The notes below the pieces were generated by a model. The model ran no database searches. It was not told where the DNA came from and saw only the letters and a program-made list of their open reading frames with translations. DNA of 32,000 nucleotides from Parasynechococcus marenigrum WH 8102 (lineage in GTDB: Bacteria > Cyanobacteriota > Cyanobacteriia > PCC-6307 > Cyanobiaceae), in contig NC_005070.1 in assembly GCF_000195975.1 (NCBI RefSeq), positions 2,100,001 to 2,132,000 of the forward strand, read 5' to 3'. Shown piece by piece: positions 10,144-19,132 of the stretch. Position numbers and translations under genes: made by a program. The stretch's first letter is position 1. Each line of letters starts with the position of its first letter.

Positions 10144-10563
10144 ATGGAGTCCAGCCAGGAGAACCTGTTCGACCAGGCCATGGCCCGCTACCAGGCCGGA
10201 GCCAGCGCCGCCGAGATCCTGCCCGACTTCCTCAAGATCACTGAAATCGCTCCTCGCCAGGCGGCGGGCTGGACCTGCCTGGCCTGGTTGCAGCTGCTCT
10301 GCGACCAACCCGAAGAAGCCCTGCGGTCAGCCCGGTTCGCGGTGAAGCTCAGTCCCCAGGATCCCCAGGCCCGTATCAACCTCAGCCTGGCACTGCTGGA
10401 GACGGATTCCAAGGGTGTGCGCGATCAGATCCAGATGGTGCAGCAGGTGCTGACCATGGCCCCCCAGATTTCCGATGACCTCAAAGGGGCTCTCGAGGAC
10501 GGCCTGGTGCGGCGCCCGGGCTGGAAAGCGCTCGAAAAAGTGAAGTCCTGGCTGAACCTCTGA
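10144..10563 (+). CDS. TPR-like repeat protein
   Basis: Internal ATG 10144 of ORF 10024..10563 (MESSQENLFDQAMARYQAG..). It has a helical repeat pattern (GWTCLAWLQLLCDQPEEALRSARFAVKLSPQDPQA). The portion upstream of 10144 overlaps the preceding gene and looks non-coding. Confidence 0.55.
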   Translation: MESSQENLFDQAMARYQAGASAAEILPDFLKITEIAPRQAAGWTCLAWLQLLCDQPEEALRSARFAVKLSPQDPQARINLSLALLETDSKGVRDQIQMVQQVLTMAPQISDDLKGALEDGLVRRPGWKALEKVKSWLNL

Positions 10564-10591
10564 ATCCATCACACAGCAGCACATCCGATCC

Positions 10592-11761
10592 ATGGGACAG
10601 ATCCTGCTGCTCAGCAATGGTCACGGTGAGGACGTCTCCGGTGCCCTAATCGGCCAGGCCCTGCGATCCATGGGGCACAGCGTGCAGGCCTTGCCACTGG
10701 CGGGGCTGGGCAGTCCCTACCAACAGGCCGGGATACCCCTGCTGGGACGCAGCCATGAATTCAGCACCGGAGGCATCGGCTACACCAGCCTGCGCGGCCG
10801 GCTGACGGAACTGGTTCAAGGGCAGATCCTTTACTTGTTGCGGCGCCTGCTGCGTCTGCTGCGCCACGGTCATCGCTTTGATCTGATTGTGGTGGTGGGG
10901 GATGTGATCCCGGTGATCGCCGCCTGGCTAACCCGCCGGCCGGTGGCCACCTATCTCGTGGCTTACTCAAGCCACTACGAGGGACGGCTGCGCTTGCCCT
11001 GGCCCTGCGGCGAACTGCTCGCCACCCGTCGTTTCAAAGCGGTGTTCAGCCGGGATCAGCTCACGGCGGACGACCTCACAGACCAGCTGCAACGCCCGGT
11101 GCAGTTCATTGGCAACCCTTTCATGGACCCGGTGCTGACGCCGGATGATGCGTTGCCAACCGCCCGTCGCCGCATCGGACTGCTGCCCGGCAGTCGCCGG
11201 CCGGAACTGGAGGAGAACCTACTGCTGCTGTTGCAACTGATCGAGCAGCTCCCCCGCGATGCGGATCTGAGCCTGGATCTGGCCCTGGTCTCCAGCCTTG
11301 AGGATGCGGCACTGCAGACCCTGGCCGGCCGCGTTGGCTGGCATCTGGAGCGAGGGGTCCTCAGCCGAGAGGGAACGCTGCCGCTGAAAGTGCAGCGAGG
11401 GGCTTTTCAAGCCGTGCTTCAGCACAGCGATCTGATCATCGGCATGGCTGGCACAGCGATCGAACAGGCCGTGGGTCTCGCCAAACCAGCCCTGCAACTC
11501 CCGGGCAAGGGCCCCCAGTTCACCGCCCGATTCGCGGAAGCCCAGCGCCGCTTGCTGGGGCCGACCGTCTTCTGTGCCCCCGGCAAGGCCGCTTCCCGCG
11601 ACAATATCGAAGCCACGGCCGCTCTGGCGCTGGACTTGCTGGAACGCTCCCGCAATGATCACGAGCTGCAGGAGCAGTGCCGACGGGAGGCCAGCCGTCG
11701 CCTCGGAACGTCGGGAGGTGGCACAAGAATGGCCGCAGCCATCAGCGACCTCCTGCCATGA
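10592..11761 (+). CDS. lipid-A-disaccharide synthase-related protein (GT-B-like, cyanobacterial family)
   Basis: N-terminal LLLSNGHGEDVSGALI motif and a C-terminal GTA.EQA.GLGKP-like block. From memory, this matches the LpxB-related family conserved in cyanobacteria. Confidence 0.6.
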   Translation: MGQILLLSNGHGEDVSGALIGQALRSMGHSVQALPLAGLGSPYQQAGIPLLGRSHEFSTGGIGYTSLRGRLTELVQGQILYLLRRLLRLLRHGHRFDLIVVVGDVIPVIAAWLTRRPVATYLVAYSSHYEGRLRLPWPCGELLATRRFKAVFSRDQLTADDLTDQLQRPVQFIGNPFMDPVLTPDDALPTARRRIGLLPGSRRPELEENLLLLLQLIEQLPRDADLSLDLALVSSLEDAALQTLAGRVGWHLERGVLSREGTLPLKVQRGAFQAVLQHSDLIIGMAGTAIEQAVGLAKPALQLPGKGPQFTARFAEAQRRLLGPTVFCAPGKAASRDNIEATAALALDLLERSRNDHELQEQCRREASRRLGTSGGGTRMAAAISDLLP

Positions 11762-12030
11762 GCGCGTTCTCGGAACCGACCTGGAAACGCTGGTTAGATC
11801 GGCTGCTGATGCTCAACGTGCTCGTGGTGATCCTCGGGGCCGGCTTCTTCGGGGTGGCCGTCGCGGCCCAGACCCAGGGGCGCAGCGCACTGATGGATCT
11901 GTTTCAAGCCCTCTGGCAGCCGCTGTTCACCCCAGCCATCAGCCTGCTGATCATGGCGGCCCTGCTCAGCGGAATTCTCAGCTGGTGGCAGCGGCGAGTG
12001 CTGAAGACAGATCGGGATAGCGGAAGCTGA
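11758..12030 (+). CDS. small two-helix membrane protein
   Basis: ATG 11758 overlaps the upstream stop as ATGA. Reads MSAFSEPTWKRWLDRLLMLNVLVVILGAGFFGVAVAA..ISLLIMAALLSGILSWW. Confidence 0.45.
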   Translation: MSAFSEPTWKRWLDRLLMLNVLVVILGAGFFGVAVAAQTQGRSALMDLFQALWQPLFTPAISLLIMAALLSGILSWWQRRVLKTDRDSGS

Positions 12031-12907
12031 ACCCAAGGCTGTCCAGCCGCTCCGATTGCACCTGCTGACCCTCCAGCACCACCTTGGCGCCATCCCCCAA
12101 CAGCACCTGCAGCACCGGACCGGGCACAGGCAACAGGCTGGGACGCCCCAGGCTGCGGCCCAGCTCCCGCGCGAACTCATTCATCGACACCGGCTGAGGG
12201 GCGACACCATTCACCACACCGGTCCAAGTCGGATCCTCCAGACCGCGCTGAATCAGGGCGCAGAGATCACTGCGATGGATCCAGCTCATCCACTGCTGCC
12301 CCGAACCGATGGGTCCGCCAAAGCCGGCGCGGAACACCGGCAGCATCTTGCCCAGCGCACCACCACCGGCGGCAATCACGATGCCGATCCGCACGGTCAC
12401 CAGGCGGGTGCCGGTTGGAACCGCTGCTGCCGCGGATTCCCAGCGTTCACACAACGAGGCCAGGAAATCGGAACCGGCGGCACTGGACTCCTGGAAACAG
12501 GCCTCGCGACTGGTGCCGTAAAACCCGATGGCGGAGGCATTCACCAGCACCTGAGGTGGCGTCTTCAGATCCGCCATCGCCTCCACCAACAGGCGCGTGG
12601 TCTCCAGTCGACTGTTCTCGAGAATCTTCAGGTGGGCAGCGGTCCAGCGCTGCTCGGCGATCGGCTCACCGGCAAGGTTCACCACACCATCCGCATCACT
12701 GAGGGCGCCTTGAAGGGAAGAGTCCTGCCAGCTGGCGGCCTGTGCCGGGTCAAGCTGCAGCCAGGTCAAGCGACCATCGCTCCGTTCAGCGTCGTAACCC
12801 CTGGGCAGGCGACGGCTGACCAGGGTGAGCTGATGGCCGGACTGGATCAACTGGGGAACCAGCTCCTTGCCCACAAATCCAGTGCATCCCAGCAGCAGCA
12901 GTCGCAT
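11978..12907 (-). CDS. NAD-dependent epimerase/dehydratase-like protein (YfcH/TIGR01777-type, with DUF1731-like C-terminus)
   Basis: MRLLLLGCTGFVGKELV Rossmann motif. The C-terminus ..VLEGQQV.SERL..LGFSFRYPDL..AL is typical of the family. Confidence 0.75.
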   Translation of the reverse strand: MRLLLLGCTGFVGKELVPQLIQSGHQLTLVSRRLPRGYDAERSDGRLTWLQLDPAQAASWQDSSLQGALSDADGVVNLAGEPIAEQRWTAAHLKILENSRLETTRLLVEAMADLKTPPQVLVNASAIGFYGTSREACFQESSAAGSDFLASLCERWESAAAAVPTGTRLVTVRIGIVIAAGGGALGKMLPVFRAGFGGPIGSGQQWMSWIHRSDLCALIQRGLEDPTWTGVVNGVAPQPVSMNEFARELGRSLGRPSLLPVPGPVLQVLLGDGAKVVLEGQQVQSERLDSLGFSFRYPDLSSALAAATS

Positions 12908-13020
12908 GGGTCCTCGAAATCCGCGTCGGGGAGGCTAAGGCGAATCTCCAGCCACTGAAGAGACCAGCCTGGATCGATCGTCGATGGCATTTAGCCTTTT
13001 GGAAAGTTCTGCTAGCCCAG

Positions 13021-13275
13021 ATGGCCGAAACCGACAGCAAGGCCCCCGCCAAGGCCAAACCGGCGGCCCTGCGCAAGGGCGCCCTGGTGAAAGTGAACCG
13101 TTCGGCTTACAACGACAGTCTTGAGGCGGCCGCCAGCGACCCCACTGCACCGGATTACATCTTCGAGGGTCCTGGGGAGCTGCTGCTGGTGAAAGGTGAC
13201 TACGGCCAGGTGCGTTGGAACCGGCCCGTACCGGATGTCTGGCTGCGGATGGATCAGTTGGAATCCTGCGGCTGA
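13021..13275 (+). CDS. ndhO: NAD(P)H-quinone oxidoreductase (NDH-1) subunit O
   Basis: 84 aa with [17 protein letters not shown]...P.YIF.G.GE...V.GDY..VRW..P.PDVWLR.DQLE. Colinear with cyanobacterial NdhO as I remember it. Confidence 0.8.
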   Translation: MAETDSKAPAKAKPAALRKGALVKVNRSAYNDSLEAAASDPTAPDYIFEGPGELLLVKGDYGQVRWNRPVPDVWLRMDQLESCG

Positions 13276-15299
13276 CTCAAGGCGCCCTCCACCATCTCCA
13301 CCGCCTTGGGCACGCTGCTGATGGCTGAGGGCAAACGCCAGACGGCACCCCCGAGAACACCACTCAGATCGGCCAGCGCCATCAGAACGGGATTGTTCTG
13401 CTCGAACATGGCCTGATCTGCCACGGCCGATGCCGACCAGGGCATCCAGCCTGCGAGGAGCACCACGCTGCGATACGCCGCAGGCCAGGGACTCTGTGGC
13501 TGCAGCCTCTGCAACACAGCGAATTGTTCAGCAGCGGCAGCCGGGCGGTTGGCCAGCACCGCCAGCAGCGCCAGGCTCCAGCGAGCCTGCGCATGGTCAG
13601 GGTCTGCGGCGAGATGCTGCCGCGCCTGACGGTCCACCTGCTGGCGGTAGCTGAAATGGCCATCCAGCATGTGCTCCACCGCCACAGCGGAAAACACCGG
13701 ATCCAGGCCGGCGGGCCCCGCCGCCAAGCCCTGCGCCAGGGCGGGAAACGCGTCGGCGAAACCCACCGATACCGGTCGGTCCGAGCGGCGCCGCCAGAGG
13801 GAATAGCTGCCATCCTTCGGACGCGGGAAGCGCTGCACTTCCTCAAACACCCCGCTGCTGCGAACGGCACGGTCGAGCTTGCGCGCTGCCTTGCGAACTG
13901 ATCCCTGATCCCCCTCGGCCAGCACCACCCACTCCGCCCGGGCCAACACAGGGGTCCGATCCCGGCGGCTGCCCCCCAGCTGACGACCGACCAACCGACC
14001 GCCACCCCGACGGCCGTAATAGCTGACGTTGTGCTGGTTGAGATCCGGTGTGCTGGGCACCACGATCAGAGTGCGGGGCTCCACCGCGGGATCGGCACCA
14101 CCGGCAGCCTGCACCAGGGCCTGCAGCGGCCCCCGCGGCCGATCCTGCAAGCGCTCCAGTTGCAGGGTCCAACCCGCTGGAACACAGGCCAGAAGCCCCA
14201 ACCCCAGGATTGGGGTGGTCCAGCGAGAACGCCACTGCTGCAACCAGAGGCCCCACTGCCACCAACCGCGGCTGAGCAGCAGCAACAACGCCGGCAGCAG
14301 AGGGGCGATGTAGCGGTCGCCTTTATTCGGACTCAGGCTGGTGAGCAGCCAGGCCGCCAGCAGGTTGATCACCAGCCAGCGCCAGCACCAGCCGTCATCA
14401 CCAGCCGTCCTGGACCGCTGAGCGCACCAGAGAATCAGACCGGAGACTCCCACCACCAGCAACACAACCCCCAGCTGCTCCGGCAACAGCCGCGGATACC
14501 ACAACCAACTTTCCAAGCTCAGCAGGCCGGGATCTCCTTCACGGGCGGCGGACTCGAACACCGCGCGGTTCGTGCCCCCCAGGCTTGTGATCCAGTTGTG
14601 CCTGAGCCAAGGCAGAATTAGGCCTGACGCGAGCAACGGCAGCACCAGAGCTTGTCTCAACCAGGCTCCCCGGCGACGCAGGGCAATCCAGGCAGCCCAG
14701 CCCCCCGCCGGTGCCAGCGCCAGCAGGGCGCTCTGCTTCACCAGCACTGCTGCCAGCGCAACGACGGTTGCCCAAACAACCTGTCCCCAACGTCCACCGG
14801 TCCTGGGGTCACACCAGACGGACATCCTCCACAGAGCCAGGGTGACCACCGCCGCCAGCGGCATTTCCAGCACGTAGTCCGTCCGCAGATCCAACAGCGC
14901 CGGAGCCAGGGCCGTCAACAGACAAGCGAGCAGCGCCAGGCCTTCACCACGAAGCCGTAGCCCCCAACCGGCCACGGCCAGCAACAGCAACCCATGCCAG
15001 AGGCTGAGGCTCCAGGCGGCATTCGCCGGAGCATCACCGCTGATGGCCATCACGGTGCCATTCACCAGAGAGGCGAGCGGTGGAATCTTGGGGGAGAGAT
15101 CCAGCAGCGCTAACCAACCGTTCCAATCGCCACCGGGCAGCAATCCCAGGGCCCGGCCATGGTCGAGGGCACTGTTGAGGTAGTCCGCCTGATCCCAGGC
15201 GGGAACTCCGGACTGCTGCGTCCACCACAGACGATCCACCGCCGTGGCCAGCAGCCAGATCACGACCACCCAAAACCAAAACCGCCAGCGCCGGTTCAC
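13254..15299 (-). CDS. GT39/PMT_2-like (ArnT-type) polytopic membrane glycosyltransferase with C-terminal soluble helical domain
   Basis: GTG start overlapping the upstream stop (GTGA). Roughly 400 aa of repeated hydrophobic helices carry an early-loop acidic motif ([12 protein letters not shown]). After that comes a ~280 aa soluble, TPR-like tail. Confidence 0.65.
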   Translation of the reverse strand: MNRRWRFWFWVVVIWLLATAVDRLWWTQQSGVPAWDQADYLNSALDHGRALGLLPGGDWNGWLALLDLSPKIPPLASLVNGTVMAISGDAPANAAWSLSLWHGLLLLAVAGWGLRLRGEGLALLACLLTALAPALLDLRTDYVLEMPLAAVVTLALWRMSVWCDPRTGGRWGQVVWATVVALAAVLVKQSALLALAPAGGWAAWIALRRRGAWLRQALVLPLLASGLILPWLRHNWITSLGGTNRAVFESAAREGDPGLLSLESWLWYPRLLPEQLGVVLLVVGVSGLILWCAQRSRTAGDDGWCWRWLVINLLAAWLLTSLSPNKGDRYIAPLLPALLLLLSRGWWQWGLWLQQWRSRWTTPILGLGLLACVPAGWTLQLERLQDRPRGPLQALVQAAGGADPAVEPRTLIVVPSTPDLNQHNVSYYGRRGGGRLVGRQLGGSRRDRTPVLARAEWVVLAEGDQGSVRKAARKLDRAVRSSGVFEEVQRFPRPKDGSYSLWRRRSDRPVSVGFADAFPALAQGLAAGPAGLDPVFSAVAVEHMLDGHFSYRQQVDRQARQHLAADPDHAQARWSLALLAVLANRPAAAAEQFAVLQRLQPQSPWPAAYRSVVLLAGWMPWSASAVADQAMFEQNNPVLMALADLSGVLGGAVWRLPSAISSVPKAVEMVEGALSQPQDSN

Positions 15300-15970
15300 G
15301 CGATCTCCAGGCGACGGCGCTCATCCTGCAAGCGCTTGCGCCGCTGCTTGGCTTCCAGCAACATCTCCCGACCGTCGTGGAGGTAATTGTCCACATAGCC
15401 CATGGTGTAGCGCTCCAGCTCCGCCAGGGCGTCCTCCACCTCCGAGAAGCAGTGATACACGCTCAACCCGAACCCGCGGGCCGCTGCAGGGGTGGGCAGA
15501 CTCTGGAATAGGTCCTTCACCCGCTCCAGACGACGGCCGCTGCTCTCCAGATAGCTGCAGAAATCCTCCATCAGTGCGTCGTCGTAGGGGTCTGCAGAGA
15601 GGGCTTTGAGCTCTTTGGGGAAGGGATTGATCACCTCACCGAGAAGCCGATCGATGGGGCCATACACCTGTCGCAACCAGCGCACGAGGGCGTCATCGGC
15701 CTCCACGGCGCGGTCATGCTCCGTTGCCGCCCGGCGTCGATCCCGGGCTGCTGTTCCACCGTCTGATGAGGCGGGAATCCTGGTTCGATCGTGGGCTCGG
15801 CGCCGCTCGGGATCACCGAGCACCTCCCAGGCGGCATTGAGGGCGAGCATGCGCTGGTCATCGCCACCGGCATCGGGGTGGTGTTGCTTCACCAGGCGTC
15901 GATAGGCGGCCTTGATCTCAGCAGCGCTGGCGCTGCTGCTCACCCCAAGCTCGGCGTAGGGATCGGCCAT
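15296..15970 (-). CDS. J-domain (DnaJ-like) protein
   Basis: DPYAELGV....[22 protein letters not shown] with the HPD motif. The C-terminal ~130 aa domain is unrecognised. Confidence 0.8.
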   Translation of the reverse strand: MADPYAELGVSSSASAAEIKAAYRRLVKQHHPDAGGDDQRMLALNAAWEVLGDPERRRAHDRTRIPASSDGGTAARDRRRAATEHDRAVEADDALVRWLRQVYGPIDRLLGEVINPFPKELKALSADPYDDALMEDFCSYLESSGRRLERVKDLFQSLPTPAAARGFGLSVYHCFSEVEDALAELERYTMGYVDNYLHDGREMLLEAKQRRKRLQDERRRLEIA

Positions 15971-15994
15971 CGGTTCCCGTCTCTGCCTCCATCG

Positions 15995-16963
15995 TCACAG
16001 CATCGGGTCCTGACGTGCCGGCGAAGACGCAACGCCACTGAACATCGGTGTGGACAGATACCGCTCGCCGTAACTGGCCAGCATCACCAGCACGCGCCGC
16101 CCCTGCCACTCGGAGCGTTGACCAAGCCGCAGAGCCGCAGCCACCGCAGCACCGCTGCTGACGCCGCAAAGCAGACCCTCCTGCCGCGCCAGACGACGGC
16201 CCACATCCATCGCCTCCTCATCCGAAACGGTCATCACCTCATCGATCAGATCACGCTCAAGCACAGCGGGAACGAACCCCGCACCGATGCCCTGAATGCG
16301 ATGCGCACCCGGCGGCCTGCCCGACAGCACAGCACTACCCGCCGGCTCCACCGCCACCACCTGCAGTTGAGGATTGCGCTGCTTCAGCAAACGAGCACAG
16401 CCGGTGATGGTGCCGCCGGTGCCGACGCCAGCCACCAGGGCGTCCAGGTGGCCGTCGCAGTCGTGCCAGATCTCTTCAGCGGTGGTGCGTTCATGCACCG
16501 CAGGATTGGCGGGGTTGTCGAACTGCTGCAGCAGATAAGCCTCCGGGATTTCCTCAACCAATTCATTGGCGAGAGCAATCGCTCCGGCCATGCCCTGAGC
16601 ACCGTCGGTGAGCTGCAGCTCAGCTCCGTAGGCACGCAGCATCGAACGGCGTTCCGTGCTCATCGTGTCCGGCATGGTGAGGATGAGCCGGTAGCCCCGG
16701 GCAGCCGCGACCATTGCCAGCGCAATGCCGGTGTTGCCGCTGGTGGGCTCCACCAGCACCGTTCGCCCCGGTTGAATCGTTCCCTCCTGCTCCGCCGCCA
16801 GCACCATGGCGCTGGCGATTCGATCCTTCACCGACGCCGAAGGGTTGAAGCTTTCCAACTTGGCGATCACATCTGCCCCGCAGCCGGACTGCAACGGCAG
16901 GCGGTTGAGACGAACCAGGGGTGTGCCTCCGATCAGGCTGGTGATATCGGAGGCAATGGCCAT
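15995..16963 (-). CDS. cysK: cysteine synthase A (O-acetylserine sulfhydrylase)
   Basis: PLP-lysine motif [21 protein letters not shown], and the phosphate loop [10 protein letters not shown]. Confidence 0.9.
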   Translation of the reverse strand: MAIASDITSLIGGTPLVRLNRLPLQSGCGADVIAKLESFNPSASVKDRIASAMVLAAEQEGTIQPGRTVLVEPTSGNTGIALAMVAAARGYRLILTMPDTMSTERRSMLRAYGAELQLTDGAQGMAGAIALANELVEEIPEAYLLQQFDNPANPAVHERTTAEEIWHDCDGHLDALVAGVGTGGTITGCARLLKQRNPQLQVVAVEPAGSAVLSGRPPGAHRIQGIGAGFVPAVLERDLIDEVMTVSDEEAMDVGRRLARQEGLLCGVSSGAAVAAALRLGQRSEWQGRRVLVMLASYGERYLSTPMFSGVASSPARQDPML

Positions 16964-16973
16964 GGCTGCTGAA

Positions 16974-18959
16974 TCAGAACCGGAAGACCGACTGAATCAA
17001 ACCACCAAAGATGCCGAAGGTCGATGCACCGTTCTGATCCTGATCACCGCTGAGGTTGGCGGTGTAGTGACCCAGAGGACGTGACATCCAGAACACCGAT
17101 GGCGTGATCTGAATGTTGTCGGTGACCTGGAAGGAGGCGTAGAGCTCCACGAGGTAATTGGCATCATTTGGGGAATAGCCACCGGCCAGCTCAGTCGCGA
17201 AGTTGGGCATACCGAAGCCGACACCAAGGTCGTTGCCGACATCGAACACGTCATCCCATTTGACGCCGACAAACCAGGACTGGCTGGCCACAGGGGAGTA
17301 CTTGAAGAATCCCGAACCCGTGATCGCACTGCGGGCATAGCCGACAGAGACGGAGGGAATCCATCCGGTTTCCTGGGGGACCCAATACCCGTTCAGAGCG
17401 AAGTTGTGGCTGTTGCGCTCACTGCGTTCAGCGATGTAATCGCCTTGATAAAGATCTTCTTCCGTCCAGTTCCAAACATCACGCCAGCATTCGTTGTTGA
17501 ATGAATCATCCATCATGAAATTGGTTCCACGGCGCTGGCCAGTGCCGCACTGGCCGTAGCGATACGCGAAGGCGACACCATATTCCTCGCCGCCCCAACC
17601 GGCCTGGACGAGGAAATTGCCGCGGGAATTGTTGGTGAACATGCCGCCAAGCACCGGATCACCATCACCACCGTCCTCTGCCAAGTAGTTCATCGAGACC
17701 GAGAACGCCGGATCTCCCTTGTTTTCAGTCTTCTCCTTATAAATCACACCGAACATCGCACCTGTGGCCTTGTTGTAGACATTCGGCACGCCAGCCAGTC
17801 CGGTCCAATCAAGGATGCGAGCTCCGCCACGGTTGTAGGCCGACGGCCACATCCCCAGGCTCTCAGTGTTTCTCGCCATTGGACCAACAATGAAGATCAG
17901 CGAGTGATCGATCAGTTCATCATTCTTCAGGGGGAAGCGGTAATACAAACGCCCTAAACCGAGAATATCTTCAGTACAAGGGGCGGTGCTTAGTTTTGTC
18001 AGAGACACACCGTCGCCAGCAAAGGCATTGTCGCAGAAGTTGCCTGCCGTGAAACTTGCGTAGAGGAGATCCTTTCCGGTGAATGAGGTCTTCAGGTTCA
18101 GCTTTTGCTCGTAGTTAAAGGTAAAGGCCCCGTATTGACTGTTGTAGGCGCGGGTACCACCTCCTGTGGCATCCTTTTTCCAGGATTTGTGATCTCGGAA
18201 TTTACGAGAACGAATGTCTTTGTAGTGCTTCTCGAGCTTAGTTCCCTTGATGATCTCAGTACCGCGTTTGCCGTCTTTTTCCTTCAGCGAACCATCGCGG
18301 TTGTGAACGGCTCGCCAGGCTTCACGGGTCCTCTGCCAGGAGCGACTGTTCTGCGTAGAGCCCAGGGGTGACTCACGACCGTCAATTTCAACAATCTGGT
18401 GTTTCCTATCGTAATTCCAGTAATACTTGGATCCATCGTTCGTGCCATAGGCCTTGGTGGAACCCATGGTGAAGGTGGTCTTGCCCTTCAACTTTGTCGT
18501 GGTTGAAAACTGACTGGCTTCGAGGGATCCAACGCGGTCCTCCAGCAGCATGATGCTGCCCGCCACGAAGTTGAGTTCAGATTCAAATTCCTTCAGCAGC
18601 TGCTCCACCTCTTCGGTCATCTCTGTGACACGATCGAGACAGGAGGCCAACAACGCCGCCGCTTCATAACGCGTGATTGGGATGTAGCCGCGGAAGCTGC
18701 CGTTCGGATAACCAGCCACACAGCCATAGGTTTTCACTAACCTCACCAGGGCCTGATAAGCCCAATCCGTTGGGTATACATCATTGAACTGATTAACACT
18801 GGTGACCTGCTGCAGCAGTTGCTTGGCCTGTTCAAGATCGAGGGTTGCAGAGTAATCCGCAACCGAGTCAATGTTGAGGTCCGCAGCTTGTGCCGAAAGG
18901 GGAGCAATCAAAAAAGTCAGCGCTGCTGGAGCGACCAAAAGGTGCTGGAGCAGTTTCAT
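16974..18959 (-). CDS. SLH-domain / OprB-type outer-membrane porin (Som-like), large variant with ~100 aa basic insertion
   Basis: Start is taken at ATG 18959. Signal peptide [28 protein letters not shown] motif [15 protein letters not shown]....[12 protein letters not shown]...[11 protein letters not shown] coiled-coil linker precedes a beta-barrel ending in the aromatic ..VFRF. Confidence 0.85.
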   Translation of the reverse strand: MKLLQHLLVAPAALTFLIAPLSAQAADLNIDSVADYSATLDLEQAKQLLQQVTSVNQFNDVYPTDWAYQALVRLVKTYGCVAGYPNGSFRGYIPITRYEAAALLASCLDRVTEMTEEVEQLLKEFESELNFVAGSIMLLEDRVGSLEASQFSTTTKLKGKTTFTMGSTKAYGTNDGSKYYWNYDRKHQIVEIDGRESPLGSTQNSRSWQRTREAWRAVHNRDGSLKEKDGKRGTEIIKGTKLEKHYKDIRSRKFRDHKSWKKDATGGGTRAYNSQYGAFTFNYEQKLNLKTSFTGKDLLYASFTAGNFCDNAFAGDGVSLTKLSTAPCTEDILGLGRLYYRFPLKNDELIDHSLIFIVGPMARNTESLGMWPSAYNRGGARILDWTGLAGVPNVYNKATGAMFGVIYKEKTENKGDPAFSVSMNYLAEDGGDGDPVLGGMFTNNSRGNFLVQAGWGGEEYGVAFAYRYGQCGTGQRRGTNFMMDDSFNNECWRDVWNWTEEDLYQGDYIAERSERNSHNFALNGYWVPQETGWIPSVSVGYARSAITGSGFFKYSPVASQSWFVGVKWDDVFDVGNDLGVGFGMPNFATELAGGYSPNDANYLVELYASFQVTDNIQITPSVFWMSRPLGHYTANLSGDQDQNGASTFGIFGGLIQSVFRF

Positions 18960-18973
18960 ACCAATCCCCTCAA

Positions 18974-18987
18974 CTTCCTGCAGGAAG
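18974..18987. promoter_or_regulatory. perfect 14-nt palindrome CTTCCTGCAGGAAG in the 5' leader of the large porin
   Basis: Read directly. It lies 15-28 nt upstream of ATG 18959, next to the GAGGGG Shine-Dalgarno-like element. It is only partly retained in the fossil copy at ~21014-21027. Confidence 0.3.
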
Positions 18988-19057
18988 CGTTTCAACAACA
19001 ACCCGAAGGTACCGGACTCAGAGAACGGCGCTAGCTCGTTAACCCATTGTTAAACAC

Positions 19058-19081
19058 AAAAAGCCCCCCTGAAAGGGGGGC
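19058..19081 (-). terminator. rho-independent terminator of porin 19133..20638
   Basis: Minus strand reads GCCCCCC-tttca-GGGGGGC followed by TTTTT. It sits 52 nt after the stop codon. Confidence 0.7.
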
Positions 19082-19132
19082 TGATCTGTGTGAGGAACAA
19101 GTCTGACAGCCAGACCGAAGTAGGGTTTTGGA

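Noticed and set aside
12056-12958. 300-aa plus-strand ORF
   Set aside because: It is antisense to the epimerase-like gene, which has a clean Rossmann motif and a family-typical C-terminus.
15791-16972. 393-aa plus-strand ORF
   Set aside because: It is antisense to cysK and the J-domain gene, both unambiguous. The translation is His/Arg/Gly/Ala-rich with no motif.
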